A DNA stretch of 64,000 bases. It comes from Mytilus californianus. Lineage: Eukaryota. The notes under the pieces are model-generated. The model was not told the origin of the DNA, searched no databases, and was given only the letters and a program-made list of their open reading frames with translations. Where the stretch lies: assembly GCF_021869535.1 (NCBI RefSeq), contig NW_026262734.1:1798001-1862000 (forward strand), given 5' to 3'. Of this stretch, positions 1-11,900 are shown piece by piece (the first letter of the stretch is position 1; each line of letters begins with the position of its first letter). The translations under genes were made by a program, and so were the position numbers.

Positions 1-40
1 TCAGGTATTTAAGTAAGATTGAACAAGAAGTTTGACTTAC

Positions 41-3000
41 TGATTTTCCTGTTTTTTGTTGTAGATCTTCTAACAATTTACATACAGTCTGAATCTGTGT
101 CTTAAAATAATCTGCTGCTTCCTGTAAATTCAAGAAAAAAATGATAATACAAATGTACAGGTTGTAATTATTTTGTACACATATAACAGTTTATAAGCCT
201 GATTTACTAAGGGGCTAACTCATTATGATACAATATTCTTTCAATAGTATTCAAGATAAACAAAAAGATAGTCTTTTAGTTATATTGTACTGTACGGTTG
301 TTATCTGATAGGCATATACATGTACTATCTGTTGATTCTATTGCATAAACACTTAACAAACAATTAAAATCAAATGAACCATAAAACTGTACAGGTAAAG
401 CATTTAGATATAGAGTGAAGACACTTTAACTGTAAAACTGCATTTACCCAGGAAATTGTTATTCATAATATGTAAATCCTTATCCTATAACATTTTCAGA
501 GGTTGAGTTATACATTCTCTTTGGTTCTGTGTTTAATCAAATTTTACTTGTTTAATTTCCCTACCTATGTTGCCATGATGCAGTTTTTTTATATCTTAAA
601 TAAAACCAATAAAAATAAGGGCAAGCTATCTAAGCAACTATACCTACAAAATCCTTTAGAAATACAGCACAATGAGACAAACCTTTTGGACTTGCTGAAT
701 AGCAGCTGCCTCTTTGACAATAGATCCATATTCTTTCTTGATGTCTTGAATTTTCTGTAACATTTTAGCTGGGTTCACCTGTAAACATAGTAAAAAGGTA
801 TAACTATAAACCTTTCATACAAATGTTGAAGATGTTTAATAGAGTCAAGAAAGTCTTGTTGGCACATGCTGCACAATTACTGGTAGTTACTATAAAACTC
901 TCAGTGGATCTTGAAAATTTTTATATGCATAAACAACATGGCTGTCATCCATACAACTTCTATAGTATGAAGCATGAAAAGAACAAAGTTTTAAAATATT
1001 ATATGTGTTTCTACATTGCTTGTACCCAAAAATGAAAAATAATGACACGTCATTCACTCATTGGTTGAAAATCCCCTTATTATACAACAACAACATTTTG
1101 GTGTATGTCTTTAAAATTAATACCCAGAAATCAGTACATTTCTTACCTTATTTTCTTCATTATCTTTATCAAATTCAAACTCAATTTTCCTGGACAAATA
1201 ATTCAGATCAGATTCTGCTTGCTGGAACTGAAATCAAATAAATAAACATCAAAATTACATTAAAACATGTCAAACCCAATCTTCCTTGAAAACTATCCTC
1301 TTAAATCAGATTCTGCTTGCTGGAACTGAAATCAATTGAATAATTTTCACGTATATATACATGTACCTGTTCATTCCAAGAATCAACATGTCCAACTTAT
1401 TTTTTCTGACCAGAAACATTTTTGTTGGGCACATAATCAAAATTTAATCTAAGAAATTGATGTGAAATTCTGAATGCCATATTTTATTGTTGTCAACTTT
1501 CTGGTAATGATTTACATGCTGTAAATAGACAAAGTATAATGCATAGATAACAGTTAAACTTCAAATTTCTTTCTGAAATGATACTGGCTGCTAAAAGCGA
1601 ATTATTATTTCACTATTTCACTTTCCTTAATGATTAAACAAAACAAAATCATACTTTGTACATATCTCGTAGCTAGTGCCCTTTAAATTTTATATATATG
1701 GTAGTTACTCTACGTTTTTAGAATCTCACTTTATCATGAAACAATAATAAAACTTATTTCTAGCAATACACTAACTATTACACTATTAAACAATTATTCA
1801 ACACAAAACCAACAAGTGAAACTGCGAGCTACCATGGCTACAGTTCCCCGATGATACCCCCACAACTGGATAATTTTAATAGTGTAAAAATATGTAAGTG
1901 TTCGGTAAACAGGAAGTTGTTGAGTGATGAATCTGAAAACGCATCACACGGTAAGGCTGACTTATATAAACCCTGAAACCAAATTTTAGAAATCCTTATG
2001 ATGTAGTTCCTGAGAAAGCTGCCACGAAAAATAGTCATGGGACGGATGGACAGACAGACAGAGGTAAAACAGTTTACCCCCACTTTCTTAAAGCTGGGGT
2101 ATAATAAAACTAAAACAGGTTGGGCTCAAGTCAGGAAAAGTGGGGTATTCCCAGTTTTCAGGGACCGTCCCAGTTTTCTGGTGTTAAAAAACCCCAGTTT
2201 ATAGGGACTTCCTTTTCTATTTCAATTCATGGCATGAAATTTACAAAAGCGCATGTTTTAACTGTATCAGTAGTATTTGTAAATACTTTAAGTATCTCAG
2301 GAACAACAAAACATGAATAAGTGAAGCCTTGTTTTTTCTAGAACTCAAAAACATACAAATCTTTTGTTTAGGAATCAGTTGATCAAGCTGCATGCTCCAG
2401 GTGTAACTGATCATAACTGAATTATGTTCACTTCTATTGAAATTTTCTATTCATTGAATTTAAATGCCTAAGTGATTAACTTATCTTTTTGTCTTCTCAT
2501 AATTGATGATCAAGGTATGAATTGGTGAACAAAGGAATTGTTTTGTTGTGAGTTGAGCATCAAATAAGACTTGAAATTAGCTTGATTTTTGAACTTATAA
2601 AAACACTTGCTATCATATAACATTGTTATCACATGTAGAAGGTGCGCTTTTGTAGATTTCATACCATAAATTGACAAGGAAAAAAGAAGTCCCTGTTCAC
2701 TGGGGTTTTTTAACACCAGAAAACTGGGGTGTTCCCTGAAAACAGGGAATACCCCAGTTTTCCTGACTTGAGCCCAACCTGTAAAAGGTTGCGAACGTGA
2801 AAGGGGTGAAACATGAATTGGAGGGAAAGTGATTTTGGGCGAACAGACCCGGATTCTATTAACCATGGGTGCTGAATTAACCAGGTCCCAATCTGACTAG
2901 GTGCCGAATTGGCTATACCGGGTGCCAATTTGACCAGGTGCCGAAGTGACTAGAAAGTTAGATTAGATTAGTTGGTAGGATTTTTTTTTTTTGGTGTGGG

Positions 3001-3147
3001 AATTGATTTGACAGCCCGGGTGTGATGAGTTAAAGATTTGGCTTTCCATTTTCAATTTAGCTTGAAAGCGATACAAATCAAACACAAATGATCAAGAAAT
3101 TAATCAATTTTTACCATTGACTCCAAAATCTCAACATTTTTCTCCAT
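41..3147 (-). CDS. SKA2: Spindle and kinetochore-associated protein 2 (SKA2), 3'-partial. Exons 3147-3115, 1227-1147, 778-683, 121-41; last exon lies outside the window
   Basis: Four phase-0 exons with canonical splice sites translate to MEKNVEILESM|FQQAESDLNYLSRKIEFEFDKDNEENK|VNPAKMLQKIQDIKKEYGSIVKEAAAIQQVQK|EAADYFKTQIQTVCKLLEDLQQKTGKS. This matches recalled human SKA2 ([29 protein letters not shown]...KNPVTLLKELSVIKSRY...EQK). Confidence 0.9.
1812..2104 (-). mobile_element. HINE/pearl-like non-autonomous element
   Basis: acaag start, gacggatggacagacagaca microsatellite, and a terminal cccc...ggggtataa hairpin. Confidence 0.55.
2116..2781. mobile_element. MITE with long imperfect TIRs in SKA2 intron 1
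   Basis: caggttgggctcaagtcagg ... cctgacttgagcccaacctg, with inverted similarity extending ~140 bp. TAAAA direct repeats at 2111-2115 and 2782-2786. Confidence 0.8.
2860..2955. repeat. Short degenerate tandem of ~19-20-bp ggtgccgaattgaccag-like units
   Basis: ggtgctgaattaacca, ggtcccaatctgacta, ggtgccgaattggcta, ggtgccaatttgacca, ggtgccgaagtgacta. Confidence 0.5.
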
Positions 3148-3305
3148 TTTCTTTATTTACTTCCGGTAATTGTTAACTGTTCTGTGATTGGACATCGAGT
3201 TGTTAAACGAGAGTTGATTGGATGTCAAATAAAGGGCGGTCATTACAATCATTAAAAAAAGATGAACATGTCTATGAAGAACATTCGTGCATTTAATCAT
3301 GTCAA
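3148..3305. promoter_or_regulatory. Putative bidirectional SKA2/PRR11 promoter
   Basis: ACTTCCGG ETS-like site at ~3159-3166, ATTGG (inverted CCAAT) at 3187-3191 and 3217-3221, GGGCGG at 3234-3239, all immediately upstream of the SKA2 ATG. A candidate PRR11 non-coding exon-1 donor lies at 3306. Confidence 0.6.
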
Positions 3306-3537
3306 GTATATACTAACTTGACAACCAATTATATATACAAGTAGTTAATAGTATGTTAACTGTGCAGGTCATCTGATAATTTTTTAAACATATCTTGATA
3401 TTAACATGCATGTACAAGTGTCAAGTGAACTTTTTCTGCTATCATTTAATGACTGTATGAAGCTGCCTTTTTTTCTTTCTGGTGTAGACCTGATTTTTCG
3501 GTGTAATATGTGTTTATATATAGACCAATGTTGAGTT

Positions 3538-4070
3538 GTTTTTATGCCCGCCGTTAGGCAAAAGGGGCATTAAGTGTTACCCCTGAACGTTTGTCTTTCC
3601 ATGCGTCCCATTTTTGTTGCCTCATGCAAATATTATGAAACTCATACACAATGCTCAGAACCAAAACTCGCTGACAGTGTTCAAATTTGGGCATTAAGTC
3701 ACTTATCGTTTTAGAGTTATGCCCCTTTCATAACTTGGAAAATTGCAAACTTTTCATTTCCACATGCTCATTTAAGTTTGCCTCATGCAAATTTTATAAA
3801 ACTCATTCACAATGCTGAGAACCAAAACTGCAGACAGAGTTCAAATTTATGCACTGAGTAATTACCTTTCTAGAGTTCTGCCCCTTTATAACTAGTTTCT
3901 GCTCTCTTAAGTTTGCCTCATCCAAATTTTATGAAACTCGTACACATGCCCCTTTTCCATTGTATTTTATAAGCCCCCTCATAATTTAAGATCGGTTCCG
4001 AGATTCATTCTTTAGCTAGAGCATTTCGAGTTATTTCCCTTTAAACACAATCAAAATTTTAATGGCAGAC
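3538..4070 (+). mobile_element. HINE-like element with three internal repeats
   Basis: tttttatgccc...ggggcattaagtgttaccc start, then three copies of ctcatgcaaat..atgaaactcatacacaatgc-like sequence. Confidence 0.55.
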
Positions 4071-4859
4071 ATTCATGACATTGATTGATTTTTGTAATTA
4101 TTTTTGAACATTTTTGAAGCCATCGAGTACAAATACGATTCATGATTGAATCTAATAAGGACATCATCTACTTCATACCTCTACGAATTTAAAATGTAGA
4201 AAATTTAAAAGGAACCAGGCGATTGATTGAGTTATAAATTTACGATGCATGGGATGAACAGCGTAAACAATCCGCTGTTTGTTTATATTTTCATTTTAGA
4301 TTTGACCACTTTAACTATTTGACCAGTCGAGACGACAGAGTGGGTGTGAATTTACAACTGCTTTCTTACTGTTGTTTCAATAGACAAAAAACTATACAGA
4401 ATTAAATAGATAAAAAGATGAATAGCCTTATAAATTTTGTACAGTTATGATTGAAGATAATTCTGGGACATAATATATTGTATGGTAGTCCCATGGTAAT
4501 TTTAGCTTTGATTGGTATAGACATGTCAGGTCCAAAAGGTATTTGGTACGAATCTTTTGTGCAGCTTAAAAGCAATGCATATGCTCCTTGCCATGCAAGT
4601 CTTGACACTTTCACAACACATCCATAGCTATATATAGACAATCAGCCTCAGTGATTGAGTATTAAAATGTAAAACTAGAGTTAATGATGAGGCAGTTGCA
4701 CCATCAAGATTCTATTAGCTGAGTCTAGAAGTGATAATTTTATTACAAAAAGGAATTAAATTGAAAACCTAATATACATATCTTTATTTTTTACCAGTAA
4801 ATATAAAACAATGGTATATTTGATTAAATCCCTATCCATAACAGTGCCTTTATATCTAT

Positions 4860-4975
4860 GTAAAGGGTGCCCTTAACATGTAGTCCTCCATGTAAAGGAT
4901 ACGTTTAAAGTGTAGTCCTCCACTCAAAGGGTGCCCTTAAAGTGTAGTCCACCACGCAAGGTGCCCTCAAAGCAT
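4860..4975. repeat. ~28-bp tandem repeat, ~4 copies
   Basis: Recurring aagggtgcccttaaagtgtagtcctcca. Confidence 0.7.
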
Positions 4976-5910
4976 AGCCAATTGTCCTACGAGTGGCCTC
5001 TATCATCTATGCAAATTTTTATGCCATCAGTTACAATCACACAAGTTCCTGCAAAATATTGCATCACAGTTTGAAAAATTTGACGTTGTAATTAAAAGCT
5101 ATTCTAGTATTGTTGTGTGACGTCAAGAGGTTATTAGGAGACACAGATCTAGGGTCTTTTGGAGACAAAATTCAGCTAAATACCAAAAGTGTAAATATTT
5201 TATTGGTTCTTTCTGCAATGTCATAACAGAAGCATTATGACATAAGTAAGTAAATTTTATTTAAAGCCAAGACGACTTTTTATTTTGTGTATATATAAGC
5301 CATATGTACACAATAAAAAAGAAATCATGAGCTCTGATAAACTCTTTTTAAAAGACTTTCATATAAAAATCATGCAGTTTCATGCATACACGTATTATAC
5401 TAATAAGTAAAAAGGCATGCAAATATATTATATTTATAGACATAGGAAATGAACAGGAAAATGCAAGAATTTGAAAGTCGTCTATTTGGTTTTGTGAATA
5501 CTTGATTTGTGCTTTATGAGTGAAGGACTGAGGTGAAAGACATCAGATCCACTGCTGTCTGTAAAGACATAATCACTGGAATTTCTATTAAAAAATGATT
5601 GGAAAAAAAAAGTATTTACATAAATTTGTATGTTATTACTTGTTCATCATGTTCATAGGCACATTACTTTAGACAAGTTTAATCAGAAATCCATTTTTGG
5701 TCCTAGTAATGTCCTTGTTGTCATGGTTGTAGAATGTGCTTTATTTAGCAACTTTCAGATAAACAGTAAATAAACATTATTATATATTCTGGACATGTAC
5801 TTCATTTTAACTTTGATAGATAGTTGTCTCATTGGCAATCACACCACATCTCTTTATTTTTATATGTACATTTACAGATGAGGAGAATAAAAGAGTAGAG
5901 AAATTTGAAT

Positions 5911-8900
5911 ATGGATTTAAAGAAAAATGAAAAAGATGAAAATAGGTAAGATGAAAAAATACTGATTTTTCAGTAAAATTTAAACTTTTTTCATAAAATA
6001 GGTCCTCCAGCATTTATTACATGAATGAAGTTAGATTAATGATAATTATCAATGAGATAAGAAAAAAATTATGTAATTAAACAAGAAAGGACAGGTTATT
6101 TGAAAACTTCCTTGCTATACACTAAAAATATGGACTTGGAATTGATCAGTCTGTTTAAAAGTAAGGACAAAAAATATACATGTATAAATAGTATTATACA
6201 AAGATTTGGTATAGAAGTTGTACATGTTCCTGTAGAAATCGTACTACGAAGGAGATATCACATCCCAATTTATAATACTATATATAAATTAATTCAGTAA
6301 ACATGGTAAAACCTTTTAGTCATTTAGTAATTTGTGGTAATAAAGTTCCTGACTTTATAATTTACCAGTTATAATTACATACAATTACATTAGAATTTGT
6401 GGTAATAAAGTTCCTGACTTTATAATTTACCAGTTATATTTACATACAATTACATTAGAATTTGTGGTAATAAAGTTCCTGACTTTATAATTTACCAGTT
6501 ATAATTTCATACAATTACATTAGAATTTGTGGTAATAAAGTTCCTGACTTTATAATTTACCAGTTATAATTACATACAATTACATTAGAATTTGTGGTAA
6601 TAAAGTTCCTGACTTTATAATTTACCAGTTACAATTACATACAATTACATTAGAATTTGTGGTAATAAAGTTCCTGACTTTATAATTTACCAGTTATAAA
6701 TACATACAATTACATTAGAATTTGTGGTAATAAAGTTCCTGACTTTATAATTTACCAGTTATAAATACATACAATTACATTCATTGAAATCTATAATGTC
6801 ACTACAGACATGGAAATAGCAATGAAAAAATAAATAAATAAACTTTTTTTTCAGATTTCCTTGCATTCTGTTGCTGAGTGACTGTTTTGGTAGGGAAGGA
6901 GTAGATGTTTCAGGATGGATAAGCATGCTCAAGATATTTCTCCATATAACTGGAGTATTTAACTGGGTTCAACAGTGGATTTTCAGGGTATTTTATGGAT
7001 TAATTTATTGATGTTTATTAAAATTATATAAAAACTGGGCATTTTATGCAGAAATTTTAACATTTTCGAAACTTATTTGTACAGTTTTACATTAATGTTC
7101 AATGAATTCTTCAGTCACATAACTCGTCCTGAACATGTATGAAATATTTGCCACTGGACGTTAAGAAACCAACAATCATCCATCACAACATCAGTCACAT
7201 AAGCTTAATGATGAATAATAACATGCTTATTGAGGTATATTTTTTTATTTCTTAGGATTTTCAGGGAATGAAAAATATTTTGTCAATAGTCTAGCCATTC
7301 TTATCGATGGATACTTTTTTAGCCAGGTAATTGGTTACTGGCTCCTTTTAACTTCATGTTATAATTATATTTCAGAGGAGTAGTAAAAACCCAGAGTTAT
7401 TAGAAACACAGAGAAGACTAAAAAACCTTGAAGAACAGGTCAGGCAGTTAATGCTGGAACAAAAAGTAAGAATAAACTAGATACATTCCTTAGGAAAACA
7501 TAAAATGCTGAAAAAAGTTACAAATTTAAGCATGATTATTATGTTAATTATACCAATGAACAATTTTTTTTCATGAAGTTTATTGTTGAACAAAATATAT
7601 TTTGTCAAAGATCTATTGTTCTTTTAATTAAATATGGGGCTAAATAGTTTAAATACTGTATGGCTAGCATGTCAACACTGAGGTTGTGAGTTTATGCCCC
7701 ACATTTGGCAGGTGTGTTTCAACTCCAAACTGAATAGACTAGGATTTTAAGTTTTCTGCCAAAGGTTGTGGTTTTTTCTCTGGCTTCCTCCACCAATAAA
7801 TACTGATCCCCACGATATAGTCAATTAGCAATAGTGCTGAAAGTGATGTTTAAACACTAACAATCAAACAATCAATTTAACAAAAAAGACTTGCCAATGA
7901 AACTGATGGTAAGTTATACTGTTATGTTCATGACTTACACATGTTACATGTACATTTACTTGTCATTTTTTTTGTGGAAATCTATTTATTCACTAGTCTA
8001 TAATTGTTTTTCTATGCCAGCTAGGGATAAGACCTTGAACAAGGAAATTTTATTTACTGATACATATGCAGGTAACTTAGTTTTGAAAAAGAGTTAACTC
8101 CCATAGTTATCCAGATTCTTTAATTGAGAAACTTGCAGTGTTCCAGCTAGGATTTCAAAAGGGCAGGGAGCCAATCATGAAAAGGGCACTTTAGCATGAT
8201 GATTGATATTTCAAAAAGGGCATGTCAAAAATTGTCTTGTGTTAACTGCAGGGGTTTCAGCTAGGAGTTTTGAGGGGGTTTAGTCACTTTTACGCTAGAT
8301 GAAAATCAACCTTATTTTGGGTAACAGTATTAAAGGGACCATGCAAGGACGTATATTACTAGCTCAGTCTTCCCTAGAACATTTTTGATGCATGGTAGGT
8401 CTAAGGTTAAGTTGCAATGCAGAGCGCAGTGGTGTTTTGTAGAATTATTTTTATTTCATTAGTGAAATGAATTGTGCATGTCAGTTAAAATACTACACTA
8501 GATCTGCAATACAGTCAGGAACAATACCTTACATTTTCTTCAGGGGCCAACCTGGATCCCAAAACTTTTTTCTAAGGGCCCAGTAGAAATACATCAAACG
8601 CAAATTGTCATCTTTTGAGAAATATTGAAATTGAAATGCTGACTGACCGAATTTAATGAGAAAAATTATTACAATGGTCAATTATGAAGTTTAATTAACG
8701 GATTAATGACCCATCCAATGTCGATAAGCGGATTATCTGTAATCACAACTTATTACACCTGTAAATGTTAATTAGCTGAGGGTCATAAACTTGTCATAAA
8801 TATGAAGACAGGTAGAATAATTGTATTTTCATCAAAATATTATGGCAATAAAGGCATAGACTTACGAAAAAAGGCACAGGGTGGTACTCAGTAAAGGGCG

Positions 8901-11900
8901 GGCGGACCGCGCTGTGAAAACGACCTAGCTGGAACACTGACTTATATTTTATTCTCTTCTTGGTTTTCTCTTACCTTTATTGCCCTTATAGAGTTTTATT
9001 GACTGTCTTTAATAGTTGTCCTCATTATTCATAAAAGTACAATTTCATGGACCTTGAAAATCTCATTTGTCTTACATGTGTTTTCAAAATACTGCTTAAT
9101 TGGAAGCCTCCAAGAATATTTTTCACCACTTACTTTCATCTGTGCATAGAAAAGTTCTTGTTAAAAAAGTTTTAACTCTAATTAAGAAAGGAGTAGGACC
9201 GGTAAGGGCCGATTTTGGCCTCAAATTTCAGGTTCATCTGATGACAGATTTTGGACACTTTTTAAACACAAGTGTCTACTTCAGTCGATTCAATAAGTTT
9301 ATGTGAAAGATTTGAACTGGTTTAGTCATTAAAGACACTCAAATTCAAGCTTCAATATGAAAAATCAATCAAATATGAAATAATATGTCACTTTTCAGCT
9401 GGCTTTATGTCAAAAATGAAAGTGGCAGCATGCGTGTTCACTCTCAACCTTTATGTTATGTATTTTCATCAAATACAACTAACATTTAAATATTAAGAAT
9501 GAACACAAATGCGGCCACTTTCATTTAAGACGGAAACTGTCTAAAATTTAACTCAAATGCTAAAATTGTGAAGATTTCAGTAATTTAGCTTGACTTAATG
9601 ATGCTAGTACCCGATATATGTGCATTGTATTGTCAAAAACAGCCCATATTTATGTAACAAAGGTATTCTACTTCCAATAAATAGGTTAAAGTTTACATGT
9701 TAACAATTTTGTAAAACTGCTATATTTTGGGGCCAAAAAGGGGTCTTACTGGACCTACTCCTTTCATGCAACCCCCATACTCAGGAAGGTTAATATGAGT
9801 ATAGAACAATAATAATTAACAATCATTTTCTGTTTCAGAAACTAGCTACAAATTCTGGTAGAAATAATTGTTCAGTATGTACCTGTCCAATGCATGGAAA
9901 TGTGGGAGTGGTCAGTAGTGGAGGGTGTGTCCCACAAGCACCACCTCCCCCACTGCCTCCCCCACCGCCACCACCACCCCTTCCACCAGTGATGTCGTTA
10001 TCAAAGAGAGTATTGGCTGAAAAGAACAACAATACAGTAAAATCAACAGATAAGTCAGTAAGTTACACAGTACAATCAACAGATAAGTCAGTAAGTTACA
10101 CAGTAAAATCAATAGATAAGTCAGTAAGTTACACAGTACAATCAACAGATAAGTCAGTAAGTTACACAGTAAAATCAATAGATAAGTCAGTAAGTTACAC
10201 AGTAAAATCAACAGATAAGTCAGTAAGTTACACAGAACTTACAATCAACAGATAAGTCAGTAAGTTATACAGTAAAATCAATAGATAAGTCAGTAAGTTA
10301 CACAGTAAAATCAACAGATAAGTCAGTAAGTTACACAGAACTTACAATCAACAGATAAGTCAGTAAGTTACACAGTACAATCAACAGATAAGTTACACAG
10401 TAAAATCAGCAGATAAGTCAGTAAGTTGCACAATAAAATCAGCAGATAAGTCAGTAAGTTACACACTAAAATCAGCAGATAGGTCAGTAAGTTACACAGT
10501 ACAATCAACAGATAAGTTACACAGTGAAATCAACAGATAAGTCAGTAAGTTACACAGTGAAATACTATAATTTACAATGCATTTATTCTTGCAAAATTTG
10601 CAATGGGATATATATCTGTATGACAAAAATAAAGACTGGCATCTTAAAACCATTATTTGTATGTAATATTTACCTTAATTACAATCATTATTCTTGTATA
10701 TTTCAAACATCGCAATAATAAATGAATAGAAAAATTTCTGAATTTACAGGTGTTTTTGTTTAAAGTTCATTATACCTCCTAAACCTTACCTTGTAATGTT
10801 TCTCTTCATAAAAATTATAGGTTATTTGATCATTTATTTTAAGGCCAAATAAAAACATGTGTGGTTCCAGTTACATCCTGAAAAAAAATAGGGTTGGTAG
10901 GTTGTCATTTTATTTTATCTTTATTTCTTTTTTTTTTGGATTGTCAAAATCCGGAAAAATATCGTGTGTTTACCGAGTCCAATTCTAGTATTATACATGC
11001 CCCTACTGGAAGTTCACCATTTTCTATATGTTTGGTTGTAAAATAAACAGACATGTTATGTTTTTATTTAATTTTGTTGCATTCTGTTAAGAACTTGTTG
11101 CATTTTTAGCCGTAGTGGATACTTTTAATGGAAATTCATATGACAGAAGTCTGTGATTTTAATTATTGAAATTCACATTCCACAAAATGGGACCGTTCTA
11201 AATATATTTTTCAGAAATGGAAAAAAAGTTCTAGGGTCAGTTGGGTAACTGGAACCACACATATATTTTTATTTGGCCTAATAACAATAACATACACATG
11301 ATAAAGCCATAAAATTTGTCAAAATGAAAAACACATGACCCATTCTAGGTTAGTTTATTGGTATAATATAAAAATGAAAAGATGTGGTATGATTGACAAT
11401 GAGACAACTTTACACTAGAGTTCGAATGACATAGAATTTAGCAACTATAAATTTGCTAAAAGTCCAAGCTTAGCTGTCACATTTTGTAATACATATAATA
11501 ACACTTTTGTATTGATGACGTTTGCTGTCATGCCATGGTTGATGGTTGGACTTATTGGAAACAACATATGCAATTGCAGTTGACATTTTTTGGATATTTC
11601 AAATGATGTAATTTGAACATTAAATGAGTATTGCAGTAGAGTAGTTATAACAGTACTGTATTTGGAGAGCGAATTTGAAGGTCGCAAATATCTAATTTAC
11701 TGGCCTTGCTCCCGATCACCAGTAAAACTACGTTTGTGACAGTCAAATTCACAATTGACCGTTGCAACTCTTCAAAACAGTGCTGTTTTCATGAAGTATA
11801 AGAGCCTGCATAATATTTGAACTTAAGACTTATTATCAAACTTGATTTTTTTGGGGTAATAACCTAAAGAATCAATAAAAATTTCTTTCAGTTTGAAAGA

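Noticed and set aside
5896-7294. Stop-codon readthrough or recoding of the two in-frame TAGs in PRR11
   Set aside because: No readthrough context or SECIS evidence; an indel error, uORF or alternative donor is simpler.
9890-10255. ORF-track entry of 121 aa as a stand-alone gene, and antisense ORFs 9835-10032 and 9912-10211
   Set aside because: It is part of a PRR11 exon read into the donor repeat; the antisense ORFs are by-products of poly-Pro and repeat sequence.
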